Below, in pieces: positions 39,007 through 49,003 of a DNA stretch of 64,000 nucleotides. The first letter of the stretch is position 1. Each line of letters starts with the position of its first letter. The notes beneath the pieces are model-generated. The model ran no database searches, was not told the origin of the DNA, and worked only from the letters and a program-made list of their open reading frames with translations. A program made the position numbers and the translations under genes. The stretch is from a virus, in IMG/VR virus record IMGVR_UViG_3300025789_000822, positions 24,464 to 88,463 of that record. The stretch is one strand, 5' to 3'.

Positions 39007-41086
39007 TGCTCTTCCAAATATTGTCCACTTGTCTTACTTCATCAATTATATCTTTAGATAGATAATTAATCAATAGTACTGGGCGATTCTCATTAGTAGG
39101 ATTTGGCATACTACTATGAAGTAGTCGGGTGTTATATATTAATGCATGACCTTTAAATACATCTGGTTGAGTAGAATTTTGCAAGAACCAAACATTGTGA
39201 TCTCCGTTATAACACTGGTTTATATCAAAGTCCATTTTTTGACTGTGAGGTGCTATCCCAGTACCAGCATTTAGTTTGCCCATTTTATCTAATGGTACAA
39301 TAACTTGTATACCCAGTAACCTTTTGTCAAAATTCCATTTGCTAAACCTATGAGGGGTATCAATATGAGGACTAAGCCAAGTTGAGTTTGCGTTGATTGT
39401 GACAATATCACTGGAATACAATACTGCATTCTTTAGATATTTGGTCACATACATATTGATATGATAATCAATCTTTTGCACTTCTAGCCAGTCTAAAACA
39501 CTTTGACTCCACCAAACTGCAATGTCAGGCAGATTTTTAATATCATCACGTTCAGCATATTGTTTACTGCTACTAGACGCTCTAACAGGATACAATGTTG
39601 ACAGTTTATCAGTAATGCCGTCTAGTATTTCGTTTCCAATAATATTGTCCGTGATTACATATCCGGGGCCGTCTATTAGCATATTTTGATATGCATGTGT
39701 AGGATTTTGCCCACGAATATAAAAATCACCTGGAATAATTCCATGATCCCATACTTTGTTTAATTCATCCCATAATTCAGGAATATTATCTTGTAGTTTT
39801 CTGTTTCTGAATTCATCGGATTCTGTGATAAAATGTTTTGACTGTGCAAGCAAAGTAGAGTTTATCTGTTGTGGTTCTTGTAACCATTTGATAACAATAT
39901 TAACCGTATCAATCAATCCAGGATTGACATAATCATATAAATTTTCAGGATAAGCATTGTTAAACTTTTCTAATAGTTTATTTGCCTTATCAATGCCTTG
40001 TTGTTTATATATAGGAGACAACAAATTAATCAATGCATATTCAGGATGTGATACTCTGTTAGCAAACACGCTGGCATGGTATACCAGATTCTTTTCTTCT
40101 TCTGGAATATTAAATTCGTTGAACAAGTCATACCAAAACTCAAGTAAGTCAATGCATTGTATTGCATTGAATAAACTAATTGTGCAACTTAATCCCACTG
40201 TAAATCTAGTAGTTAGTTCATCGTTTGGATCAACATGAATATGTAATCTACTTTTATGAACTAAGTTAACATATGTTCTAAGATTACTTTCGACTTTGCC
40301 CCACTTAAACGGATAACGTATATACTCGTTAACTTGTTTGTAACCATCGATAGAAACAGATACGTGAATACTTTTGAAGTTATTCCATAACTCAATCAAT
40401 TCATCAGAAATGCCTGTTAGATTAGTAACATAACTCAGTCTTACATTTTTTGCTCGACCTGTAGCAATGATTAACTTTAAATATTCTAAATGTTCTTCTG
40501 TGATAGTAGGTTCGCCGCCGATAAGGCTAACAAATTCCACATTGGGGAAATCTGCAACTAATTTCTGTACAGTTGAACTATCAATAGACACACGTTTATA
40601 TTGTACTTGTTTCTCAGGTTCTATGCGCCAAACACTATTCCATTCTTCTTCCCACAATGAACTAAGACTAGAACTACAAGTCATGCATTTGCTGTTGCAC
40701 TTAGTACCAAATGTTAAGTCTAAGTATTTTACATTATTTGGATCTAAATCTTTTGTGATAGGTAATTCTTCACCTAAACTTTTATTCCAAATTGTGCGCA
40801 TTGACGCAATATTATTTTCTTCTGCTTCTTTGCAATTTAAACAAGCCTTGGGCCATTCACCGTTTATTAATTGCCCACGCAACTCTTTAAGATTAGGTGC
40901 ATTGATTCTAATATGTGGATCTTTGCCTACTACACCATAGTCAAAGTGACCATCTTTATACATCTTCCAATGATCAGTGCGAATATTACAGCATGGAATA
41001 TACTCACCGAATGAGTTAATCGATGCTGATCCAAATGCTAGACTACAGTATATTGGCTTCTTTACATCCACTTCAAATCCATCCAT
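38999..41086 (-). CDS. Radical SAM (twitch/SPASM-type) fused to a PhyH-like 2OG-Fe(II) dioxygenase
   Basis: YC..PCC..C..C cluster, CNSKCMTC, GGEP; C-terminal PHIDTP and LLHSSMPN..R. Confidence 0.75.
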   Translation of the reverse strand: MDGFEVDVKKPIYCSLAFGSASINSFGEYIPCCNIRTDHWKMYKDGHFDYGVVGKDPHIRINAPNLKELRGQLINGEWPKACLNCKEAEENNIASMRTIWNKSLGEELPITKDLDPNNVKYLDLTFGTKCNSKCMTCSSSLSSLWEEEWNSVWRIEPEKQVQYKRVSIDSSTVQKLVADFPNVEFVSLIGGEPTITEEHLEYLKLIIATGRAKNVRLSYVTNLTGISDELIELWNNFKSIHVSVSIDGYKQVNEYIRYPFKWGKVESNLRTYVNLVHKSRLHIHVDPNDELTTRFTVGLSCTISLFNAIQCIDLLEFWYDLFNEFNIPEEEKNLVYHASVFANRVSHPEYALINLLSPIYKQQGIDKANKLLEKFNNAYPENLYDYVNPGLIDTVNIVIKWLQEPQQINSTLLAQSKHFITESDEFRNRKLQDNIPELWDELNKVWDHGIIPGDFYIRGQNPTHAYQNMLIDGPGYVITDNIIGNEILDGITDKLSTLYPVRASSSSKQYAERDDIKNLPDIAVWWSQSVLDWLEVQKIDYHINMYVTKYLKNAVLYSSDIVTINANSTWLSPHIDTPHRFSKWNFDKRLLGIQVIVPLDKMGKLNAGTGIAPHSQKMDFDINQCYNGDHNVWFLQNSTQPDVFKGHALIYNTRLLHSSMPNPTNENRPVLLINYLSKDIIDEVRQVDNIWKSNE

Positions 41087-41427
41087 GCTTTTTCTTTGTC
41101 ACTCATAATATATATTCTATTTCTGCGATCACTTCTATTTTCATAGACATCCCACGCCCAATGAGGATTTAACTCTACTTGCTTGAGACTATCCCTATTA
41201 AATGAGTTAAGTGTTTGGTATGTTTCAAGTTCACATGAATTACCCCATGTATCAAAACACCATTTCCGAAATTCATTGAAATTTATCAAGTGTGTGATTC
41301 TAGTTTGATAATAACTGCCGACACCTAATGAGATGGAGCCTGACACTACATCAACATAGTATTTGAAAAGACCATGCCCTTTATGTCTACGGTCTAGTTT
41401 TGTAAATTTTAGTTTAATATCACTCAC
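41062..41427 (-). CDS. Small paralogue family protein
   Basis: GTG start overlapping the upstream stop; ends IYIMSDKEKAWMDLKWM. Confidence 0.55.
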   Translation of the reverse strand: MSDIKLKFTKLDRRHKGHGLFKYYVDVVSGSISLGVGSYYQTRITHLINFNEFRKWCFDTWGNSCELETYQTLNSFNRDSLKQVELNPHWAWDVYENRSDRRNRIYIMSDKEKAWMDLKWM

Positions 41428-41734
41428 ACAATTTCCAATGTACGTATGTTTTTTCATCCATGATAATGTATTCGCTTGCTTTGAACCAAGCGCCTTGATA
41501 TACAGGTTCACCGTAGAATTTTTTACACCAAAGCTCCATTGCAGATTCTATGCCTCGCATCCTATTAGGTGGCATCATTTTAATAAATGTTTTTTCTACC
41601 CATTCACCGTTTTCCCATAATTTCTTTTTAGTCTTAGTAGAAATACTAGGATCAAGGTCATAAAAGTGACCAGTGATTGGGTCACTTAATCCTCTGTCTA
41701 TTGCCATTAATTTTTTAGTTGAATAACCTGCCAT
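41420..41734 (-). CDS. Small paralogue family protein
   Basis: GGAGG RBS; ends IMDEKTYVHWKLCE. Confidence 0.6.
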   Translation of the reverse strand: MAGYSTKKLMAIDRGLSDPITGHFYDLDPSISTKTKKKLWENGEWVEKTFIKMMPPNRMRGIESAMELWCKKFYGEPVYQGAWFKASEYIIMDEKTYVHWKLCE

Positions 41735-41744
41735 ACTACCTCCT

Positions 41745-42128
41745 TTATGACCACCTTATAGCCGCTATTGTAGCATACTTTGCATGTTTTTGTCTAATCT
41801 TTATGGTCAATCGATTTTCGGCAACATTGTTATCAACCATGCCCCAGTTCCAATCCCAACCCTGTTTACCCACATGTTCTTCTAGCCAAGGTCTGTAATG
41901 ATCGTTTGGGTCAGCACTTTCAACATATTCAAAATAATCACCAATTCCATTCCATCCTAATCTATGACTAGGCCCGACTTTAACAGGACCCTTGGGCCAT
42001 TTAACACTGATAACGACTCCGGGCATGAATCGCCACCAAAGTTTTTCTTTGATGTTTAGTCCACATACCATGAACAAGTCTCTCCTAATGTAGAATAATC
42101 CTTTTATTTCTAACTTGCTCATAACCAC
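41745..42128 (-). CDS. Small paralogue family protein
   Basis: WLEEHVG..W; ends ATIAAIRWS. Confidence 0.55.
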   Translation of the reverse strand: MVMSKLEIKGLFYIRRDLFMVCGLNIKEKLWWRFMPGVVISVKWPKGPVKVGPSHRLGWNGIGDYFEYVESADPNDHYRPWLEEHVGKQGWDWNWGMVDNNVAENRLTIKIRQKHAKYATIAAIRWS

Positions 42129-42322
42129 TTCAATGAAAAAAACATTGCATCCTTTTCGTCACGAAAATGAACGTCAATTCTAAACCAGCAATTTCTTTCA
42201 GTTTTTTCTTCCCAACCCAACTCAACTAGTTTATATGTTAGAAAACTAGGACAGTGTTCGGTAGCCCATGTGATTGCATCATGTACATCAAAGTCACCGT
42301 GAATATATTTGCTTACAACCAT
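42119..42322 (-). CDS. Small paralogue family protein
   Basis: Start moved to MVVSK; ends FRDEKDAMFFSLKWL. Confidence 0.6.
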   Translation of the reverse strand: MVVSKYIHGDFDVHDAITWATEHCPSFLTYKLVELGWEEKTERNCWFRIDVHFRDEKDAMFFSLKWL

Positions 42323-42522
42323 CTTAATGAGAAATAGGTAGCATCTTCGCCCGTACGAAAATAGAAATCCGTAGCATTGTATTGATACACACAATTCCAT
42401 TTATTCTTGAATTGACCCATGTGTTCACCTAACCAAGTTTCTATTTCATAGATTTTTGTGTTATCCTCAGTCTGAGGCAAGCTAATCTTAACTGGCCAAA
42501 GTTCTTTTTTAAGTTGTCTCAC
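42313..42522 (-). CDS. Small paralogue family protein
   Basis: Ends FYFRTGEDATYFSLRWL. Confidence 0.6.
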   Translation of the reverse strand: MRQLKKELWPVKISLPQTEDNTKIYEIETWLGEHMGQFKNKWNCVYQYNATDFYFRTGEDATYFSLRWL

Positions 42523-42523
42523 A

Positions 42524-42847
42524 TTAACTCCAGCGCAATATAAACCACTCTAAATCTTTTTTATCACGAAACCAAAACTTGCTGTTATTTACATACCAAC
42601 GCATTTTAGGAGTCCATACACCGTCAGGTGCAGTAGGGCCAAATGTACTCTTTGCCCAAGACTCCATTTCATTCCAATCATAATTGCGGTTAGGATGCAC
42701 AGTTAAATATCGTGCACCATATACTCGACCTTCACTTATATCAAATGCCTTCCAACCTAATGCGGACATTACAATTTGTGTATCAATGTCTTTAGTCATT
42801 TGATCGGCAACTTGATTGATTATATCTTCTGTTATATTCATGACCAT
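42524..42847 (-). CDS. Small paralogue family protein
   Basis: Ends FWFRDKKDLEWFILRWS. Confidence 0.6.
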   Translation of the reverse strand: MVMNITEDIINQVADQMTKDIDTQIVMSALGWKAFDISEGRVYGARYLTVHPNRNYDWNEMESWAKSTFGPTAPDGVWTPKMRWYVNNSKFWFRDKKDLEWFILRWS

Positions 42848-43059
42848 CTTAATGTAAACATTATGTAATCTTTTTCATAACGAAACTTAAACTTCATTTC
42901 CCCGTCGTCCATAGTTATCCAACGTGTGTGTCGTCTAAATTTACTATTATTATTCTCTAACCATTTCATTATTTCCGTGTAATGTTTAACGTTTGCTGAT
43001 GCCTGATACCATCCTGGATTAGTATGTTCCCAACCACTATGATCATAATAGGCATACAT
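42838..43059 (-). CDS. Small paralogue family protein
   Basis: Ends FKFRYEKDYIMFTLRWS. Confidence 0.6.
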   Translation of the reverse strand: MYAYYDHSGWEHTNPGWYQASANVKHYTEIMKWLENNNSKFRRHTRWITMDDGEMKFKFRYEKDYIMFTLRWS

Positions 43060-43757
43060 TAGTATCCACCGGCAACCAATAACTCTTTTACTTGTGGCAC
43101 GATGTTGCTATTACGCTTAAATCTAATAGCCCATTGCTCGGGGTCGATATACTCAAGAATCATTTTTTGTTGTGATTCATCTAATCGTTCAATAAAGCCA
43201 ATGCCACTTTCACTTTGATACAACATCCATGGACTGATTCTACCTGCAGTGATAGCATAACAGATTTTGTTTGTGTTGCAATAACGCAAACAGTCTTTAC
43301 TTAATATACCTTCATCACTTGAAAGTTTGATTGTGGTTTCAATACTACGTGCAATAGCATCTAATGGATCTTCGTCTTTGCTATACTCAATCAAAAACTT
43401 TGTATAGTTTGTATCACTACACCAACTGTCAACTTTGATATTGTTTTTTAATAACCAATCGGCATAACGTTCAACATTGATAACATTGACATTAACACAG
43501 TAATGTCCAAACTTAACAAACACCAAATAATAAGAACTCTTGATAAAGTCTAAGTATGTTCTTTCTTTTTTAGTTGGTGTGTTCTTTTTATAAAAAGATA
43601 GCCATGTTTGAAAACCAATACGGTTACCCGTTTGGTCTTTGTCTTGCCATCTACGTTTGTTTTCACACAAGTGTTTTACTAGTGTGGTCTCACGTAAAAA
43701 TTCTCTACTACAAAATTCGCAACTGTGTTTGACTTCAGTTACCGCTGTCTTCTTCAT
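43059..43757 (-). CDS. Hypothetical protein with N-terminal C2HC zinc finger
   Basis: CEFCSREFLRETTLVKHLC; start uncertain (43757 or 43790). Confidence 0.6.
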   Translation of the reverse strand: MKKTAVTEVKHSCEFCSREFLRETTLVKHLCENKRRWQDKDQTGNRIGFQTWLSFYKKNTPTKKERTYLDFIKSSYYLVFVKFGHYCVNVNVINVERYADWLLKNNIKVDSWCSDTNYTKFLIEYSKDEDPLDAIARSIETTIKLSSDEGILSKDCLRYCNTNKICYAITAGRISPWMLYQSESGIGFIERLDESQQKMILEYIDPEQWAIRFKRNSNIVPQVKELLVAGGY

Positions 43758-44322
43758 ATTGTTTAATGTCTTTATCTGTAATAAGGTCACTTAATAACTC
43801 AATTTCATCGTATTTTAAATTTGGAAACTTCTCCGCAAGATATACCTTGCGTTTGTGACTTTCTACAAATGCCTCTGATATCAGAGTTACATCACTATCA
43901 CTGGCTTTAGGATAGATTTTCTTATAGTACTCTTTTGTGTCTTTTAGTTTAGCAGACTCACGTAGTTTACTCACACGTTCTTTGATGTGAGGTATCCACT
44001 GATGAAACTGTTTGCCTAGACCCGGACTTGCCGCACACAACATATACCATTGCAATTTAGGATGCTTTTGCACAAACTCATTGAACATGTATTTGTTTGC
44101 ATGTGCTTCCACACTCATAACATAATAGCGTGACACACCCTCATTACCCTTAACTGCACTGACCCAGTGTAGCATCATAAAGGGAACAAACTTCTTTTGT
44201 TGTTCAGGACTTAACTTATCATAGTACGAATAGTCTTTTCTGTCAATAGCCTCTATGGCTTTGAACAAGTCAAAATCTTGACTTTCAAACTTTTCGTCTG
44301 CCGATACTTTTTCTTTTGCCAT
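43735..44322 (-). CDS. Clamp loader small subunit (T4 gp62-like), putative
   Basis: FVPFMM..W.S, N...F..HPKLQW, KQFHQWI pattern. Confidence 0.5.
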   Translation of the reverse strand: MAKEKVSADEKFESQDFDLFKAIEAIDRKDYSYYDKLSPEQQKKFVPFMMLHWVSAVKGNEGVSRYYVMSVEAHANKYMFNEFVQKHPKLQWYMLCAASPGLGKQFHQWIPHIKERVSKLRESAKLKDTKEYYKKIYPKASDSDVTLISEAFVESHKRKVYLAEKFPNLKYDEIELLSDLITDKDIKQYEEDSGN

Positions 44323-44630
44323 TAGTTTTTCAACATCTCGTATGTGATAATGTGTGCAATTCCTTGACCCAAATCTTGTTCACTAGGGATAATGTGTAGT
44401 GTTTGATGGTGACGGTCAGTGCGTTCATCATACTTACTGTATTCCATGACATATCCACCATTGGCACTGTAAATTGTAAAACTCATACCACGTTGGTCAA
44501 GAATTCTACCTCTACTAAGACCTACACTTGCTTTAGTAACATAATTACCAGGTTCAGTCTCCATGTTACGTGAATCTTCCCATGCTTGTCTGCACTTGTT
44601 TGCAAACCATTTATTAAACCAACTAAACAT
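44322..44630 (-). CDS. Hypothetical protein
   Basis: 102-aa ORF with RBS. Confidence 0.6.
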   Translation of the reverse strand: MFSWFNKWFANKCRQAWEDSRNMETEPGNYVTKASVGLSRGRILDQRGMSFTIYSANGGYVMEYSKYDERTDRHHQTLHIIPSEQDLGQGIAHIITYEMLKN

Positions 44631-44641
44631 ATTTTCCTCTT

Positions 44642-45142
44642 TTAAAATGCTTGACTATAATCTACTATCTCACAGTTACGACTTACTTCTTTTACAAAAT
44701 AAACACAACGGGGTTCTTTACTATCATCAATTGGTACACATAAGAATTGACCATTTCGTAGTCGGGGAGCATACCATGTTACATCAGGATAAATATCTAA
44801 GATTTCAATCTGTAAAAATGATGGGCTAAAACTTGTCAATGGATTAAATTCAAATGCATTAAACCCACGATCATTAAGACTACTCAATGGAAGTGTTTCT
44901 AAATCCCCATGTTCTTTTTCACCAATTAAGATTTGCCAATCTACTGGCATTTTGATTGTTCTGTCACCCACACGCAACACAAGTGCGGGGCTGTTAAAAC
45001 TTTCTAAAAAGATTAGGGGAATGTAATGATAGTCTACATTGCTTGGATTAGAGTTGTCGAGGATAGCAAAACGCATATCATCAATTTCTTCCGGCAATGT
45101 TTCTAAGTTGTAAAATGTATTATCTAATGTAAGTATGCGCAT
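44642..45142 (-). CDS. Hypothetical beta-rich protein
   Basis: 166-aa ORF behind TTGACA-17-TATACT-N6-ATG. Confidence 0.65.
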   Translation of the reverse strand: MRILTLDNTFYNLETLPEEIDDMRFAILDNSNPSNVDYHYIPLIFLESFNSPALVLRVGDRTIKMPVDWQILIGEKEHGDLETLPLSSLNDRGFNAFEFNPLTSFSPSFLQIEILDIYPDVTWYAPRLRNGQFLCVPIDDSKEPRCVYFVKEVSRNCEIVDYSQAF

Positions 45143-45181
45143 GTTTATAGTATATCAGTTAGTGCTATGTTTGTCAACATA

Positions 45182-46636
45182 TTAATAGTCCAATTTCTCC
45201 AAAGTAAATGGATATTGGGCTTCCTTGTAAAATGCTTTACGCTGTGTTAAATGTCGCTTTGCAAACTTGCAACTACTAGTGATATCCCAAATCTCTACGT
45301 GATCTTTGTCTTCTGCTTTACGAATACCACGACCTATACTTTGAATAACTCTAACGAACGATTTACCAGGTTCCAAGAGAACCAAGTTAAAGATGCGAGG
45401 TATATTGATACCAACAGCCGCGACACCATAGGTCGCAATAATAATCTTGTTACTGCTTGTTTTAATTTCGTCATACTCTTCTTTACGCTCAGTTAGTTTT
45501 GTTTCACCACTAACAAACACACTATCAGGTAGTCGTGAGATTAATTCTTTACCTGCGTTAACACGATCAACCAATACCAATGTGTTACCTGTTTCATTGA
45601 TTTTACTAATCAATTGTGCAATCTTGTCTAATCGTTTTTCGTCTTCTAATAAATGTTTTAGTTCGCTTTGATAGTTGGTGAATTCAACATGGTCTTTTAG
45701 TTGTACAATGTTAACGTGACATTGTGCAAGTACACCACGCTCTTGTAATTCACTTGCCGCAAGTTTACCAATCACCGGGCCTAGACTTACTAATAATGAC
45801 ACTTGTTCATGCTTTGCTTTGGGGATAGTTCCTGTTAGTCCCCAACGAATTGGTACTGCGCTAAACACACCAGTCAATAATGTTTTAAGTGCATCAGCTT
45901 TGGCCATGTGAACCTCATCAACCATGACACAAACAACACCCTCAATAAACTCACCAATTGGAATTTCTGCTTCACCGCTCTTTGTATTCTTTAGCATGTT
46001 GTTTAAACTCTGCCATGTACAGATAGTATGTGTTTTGTTGTATTCTTTTCTATCACCGAAGTACACACCTACATCTAATCCTAAGTTGATATAGTCTGCT
46101 TCTGTTTGTACAACTAAACTCTTGTTGGGAACAATAACGATACTACGACCATATGCCTCTACACTTTTACTCAAGGTCGCAGTCATCAATGTTTTACCTG
46201 CACCCGTAGCAATCTCTTGTAGACTTTGAGGATTGGCTAAAAAGTTATTGACAATCTGTACTTGATAGTCACGCAACATAATAGGCTGACCTTCACGTTC
46301 ATGACCTTTGGGCCAATTCTTGTGTGAAAACGTAGATTCGGACACTTGAGTAAAATTAAAGGTTGTGCTGTATGTGCGTAAATCTGTTACATCAATATCA
46401 TAGTCAAAGTCAACTAAGATAGGAATGATTTCATCTAACAGATTAACATAACTACTGCCACCTAAACTAAAATAACTTGCCTTACCATTCCATCGACCTA
46501 GTTTGAATGCAGGTCTGAATCGTGCAGTTGGATCTTCAAATTCGAATTTTTTCATCAATGCCTTACGTGCATCCAATTCAAGACCTTCAATCTTTACATT
46601 GACTTCATCTTTAATTAATAATTTAGCTTCTCTCAT
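45182..46636 (-). CDS. uvsW: SF2 DNA helicase UvsW
   Basis: LRDYQ, ATGAGKT, DEVH, GLTGT, QSIGRGIR. Confidence 0.9.
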   Translation of the reverse strand: MREAKLLIKDEVNVKIEGLELDARKALMKKFEFEDPTARFRPAFKLGRWNGKASYFSLGGSSYVNLLDEIIPILVDFDYDIDVTDLRTYSTTFNFTQVSESTFSHKNWPKGHEREGQPIMLRDYQVQIVNNFLANPQSLQEIATGAGKTLMTATLSKSVEAYGRSIVIVPNKSLVVQTEADYINLGLDVGVYFGDRKEYNKTHTICTWQSLNNMLKNTKSGEAEIPIGEFIEGVVCVMVDEVHMAKADALKTLLTGVFSAVPIRWGLTGTIPKAKHEQVSLLVSLGPVIGKLAASELQERGVLAQCHVNIVQLKDHVEFTNYQSELKHLLEDEKRLDKIAQLISKINETGNTLVLVDRVNAGKELISRLPDSVFVSGETKLTERKEEYDEIKTSSNKIIIATYGVAAVGINIPRIFNLVLLEPGKSFVRVIQSIGRGIRKAEDKDHVEIWDITSSCKFAKRHLTQRKAFYKEAQYPFTLEKLDY

Positions 46637-47604
46637 CTTACATCCACCGGTCTTGAGTTTTTAATCACTATTACTTTTCCTGTTTTTTCTACACGTTTGC
46701 TAGAACCTTTACGTACTGAATGTACTAATTCTATCAACTGATTTGATTTCTTACGCATAGTATCAACTTTAACATTAAAGCGGCCCAGCATACGAATCAT
46801 TTCATTTATGTATAATGTGCTTTTTGGTATAAACACATTGCTAGTTATCTTTGACAACCAATTAGCTACCTGTAGTATGTCATCTAAATCTACCTCTGTA
46901 ACATACTCACATGCAAATTTTAAACTAGGTTCATTACTAATTAATTGTTCGTCTACACTAATGCCATAGTGTGACAATTCATATAGTGTGGGTATGTCTA
47001 ATTTTAAATCAATGTTGATAGTTGCATCATACAATATTTCATTGATGGCAACAATCATTAAGTTACCATTGACATTGCGTAGTGTAGGTTTCCAAATAGT
47101 GTTTTCGTATTCTTTCAATGTATTTAATACACCAAGTAACTCATCTGAATAATCAACTGTAAAGAATTCAGGCAACAATACTGATGCAATTTTTAATGCA
47201 TAGGTACTAAACTTAGCAACATACATTCTATCAGACTTGTTCCACTCAAAGGGATTATCGTCTACATTCTTAAATGCACTAATAAAGTTTTTATTAAAGG
47301 GTAGTGTGATTGTTAGATTATCATTTACCAAGGACACTCTAGCATTTGTATATTGTGTTGCACTTTCTACAACAGTAGCCTTCCAATTTAGTTTAACAAG
47401 GTCCTGATAATGTAAACTATGTTTGCTTAGTTGACGTTGATATTTTTCTACTAGTCGGTCAAACAATTTTGCTTGATTGGTAGTCACACGTTTATGTGTG
47501 TTAATCATTAGTCCCAAATTGGTTAAGAATTTTTCATCGTACTGGCTCAAATTAATCTTACCATTAAGGAAAAAATAAATTAATTGCTCTTTGCTGTCCA
47601 TCAA
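46633..47604 (-). CDS. Hypothetical protein upstream of uvsW
   Basis: 323-aa ORF overlapping the uvsW start (ATGA). Confidence 0.6.
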   Translation of the reverse strand: MMDSKEQLIYFFLNGKINLSQYDEKFLTNLGLMINTHKRVTTNQAKLFDRLVEKYQRQLSKHSLHYQDLVKLNWKATVVESATQYTNARVSLVNDNLTITLPFNKNFISAFKNVDDNPFEWNKSDRMYVAKFSTYALKIASVLLPEFFTVDYSDELLGVLNTLKEYENTIWKPTLRNVNGNLMIVAINEILYDATINIDLKLDIPTLYELSHYGISVDEQLISNEPSLKFACEYVTEVDLDDILQVANWLSKITSNVFIPKSTLYINEMIRMLGRFNVKVDTMRKKSNQLIELVHSVRKGSSKRVEKTGKVIVIKNSRPVDVR

Positions 47605-47644
47605 TTATTATATCACTTTCAATGCAATAACACAAACATATAGG

Positions 47645-47670
47645 TAAAAAAAGGGGACCGTAGTCCCCCT
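47645..47670 (-). terminator. Rho-independent terminator
   Basis: GGGGAC-TACG-GTCCCC followed by a T-run. Confidence 0.8.
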
Positions 47671-47689
47671 AAAACTTCAAGAAAGAAAA

Positions 47690-48715
47690 TCAATCACGGC
47701 GCATAACAGTATTCTCAGCGTATGCTCTCCAGTTGTTGGACACTTTGACCAAATCAGCAATCTTCAAACACATACGCAAACTGATTTCACGCAATTTGTT
47801 TTTGTTGTCTTCCATGAATTGCAAGACTTCTTCACCTTCACCGTTTTCAAAGTTGTAGTCAACAAACAATCCACCTTCAGCATCACGGTGAACTTGTTTG
47901 ATACGCAACATTTTGTCACGTTGGGTATCAATAGTCAAGTCAAGAAAGTGACAACGTGATTCAAGAGCCTCGAGGTGATCTTGCATTTTCTTGCTCTTGA
48001 CATTTTGAAACTTCAAGTTAGTAATGAAAATTGCACTACCTTTGAATTCAAAACTGTCAGGGATACCTTCTTGACGCAAAATGCGGCTGTCACTATTCCA
48101 GCAAATCTTGCGGCGTTTGCCACTGTCAAGTGCTGCCTTCAAAATGTTCAATGACAATTCATCACCGAACACGCTGTCGCAGTCATCGAACACAAGAATG
48201 TTCTTAGCATCACTATACTTGTACAATTGCACATACAAGCCCAGTGCAGTCATTGCACCTTTGACAACTTCATACTTGATACGCTTGCCTGCAATTTTGT
48301 CAAACATAGCAGACTTTTCAAGCTGGCGCTCAACACCAAAACTCTTACCAACACCGGGCGGGCCTGATACAATCATAGCACGAATGTCACCATTGATACA
48401 TGCTTTGCTCATGTCATCCAAAATGCTAAATCGTGTTGCAATACGATCCATTGCTTGTTCATCAGTCTCAGCCACTTTAGGTGTTGACTTAAATTCTACT
48501 GTATTTTCCATTGTCCCTCCGTCTGTAAATTCAATATCTGAAATATGTTCAACTTTAATTTTGATTGTGTCAATTGCGATAGGGAACTGTCCCTCATTAC
48601 GCACAGTTACAAAGCCACCACGCTTGCCTGTTTGAAAACCTTTAACAAGTGTAAATGCAGTATCAACAACTTTTTCATTACGATAAGTACCTGCTTTTAC
48701 AAGAATCTTTGACAT
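47690..48715 (-). CDS. AAA+ family ATPase
   Basis: Walker A GPPGVGKS, Walker B VFDDCD, ITN, SR; early promoter. Confidence 0.8.
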   Translation of the reverse strand: MSKILVKAGTYRNEKVVDTAFTLVKGFQTGKRGGFVTVRNEGQFPIAIDTIKIKVEHISDIEFTDGGTMENTVEFKSTPKVAETDEQAMDRIATRFSILDDMSKACINGDIRAMIVSGPPGVGKSFGVERQLEKSAMFDKIAGKRIKYEVVKGAMTALGLYVQLYKYSDAKNILVFDDCDSVFGDELSLNILKAALDSGKRRKICWNSDSRILRQEGIPDSFEFKGSAIFITNLKFQNVKSKKMQDHLEALESRCHFLDLTIDTQRDKMLRIKQVHRDAEGGLFVDYNFENGEGEEVLQFMEDNKNKLREISLRMCLKIADLVKVSNNWRAYAENTVMRRD

Positions 48716-48753
48716 ATTTAGCCTTTCGTGTGTGTTAATCAATCAATACAAGT

Positions 48754-48782
48754 ATTATAGCACCGAACCCATTTATTGTCAA
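48754..48782 (-). promoter_or_regulatory. Early sigma70-type promoter (TTGACAATAAAT class)
   Basis: TTGACA-17-TATAAT. Confidence 0.85.
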
Positions 48783-49003
48783 GCCTTGAGGATCTCAACA
48801 ATACGACTATGGATGATATCCATTTCTGCCTGCTCAACATAAAAATCAGTAGTGGGGTCATAGTATTGACCCTCTTTGTTGTCATAATACAACACACGAC
48901 CGCTAAAATTGAAAGGACCTTCTAGACCTTTGCGAGGACCGTACTTCAAACGCATTTGATCCATCTGTTGTTTATCTGCAACAACTTTGTAACCCATAGA
49001 CAA
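48779..49003 (-). CDS. Hypothetical early protein
   Basis: GLEGPF, LYYD.KEGQYYD..TDFY. Confidence 0.65.
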   Translation of the reverse strand: MSMGYKVVADKQQMDQMRLKYGPRKGLEGPFNFSGRVLYYDNKEGQYYDPTTDFYVEQAEMDIIHSRIVEILKA

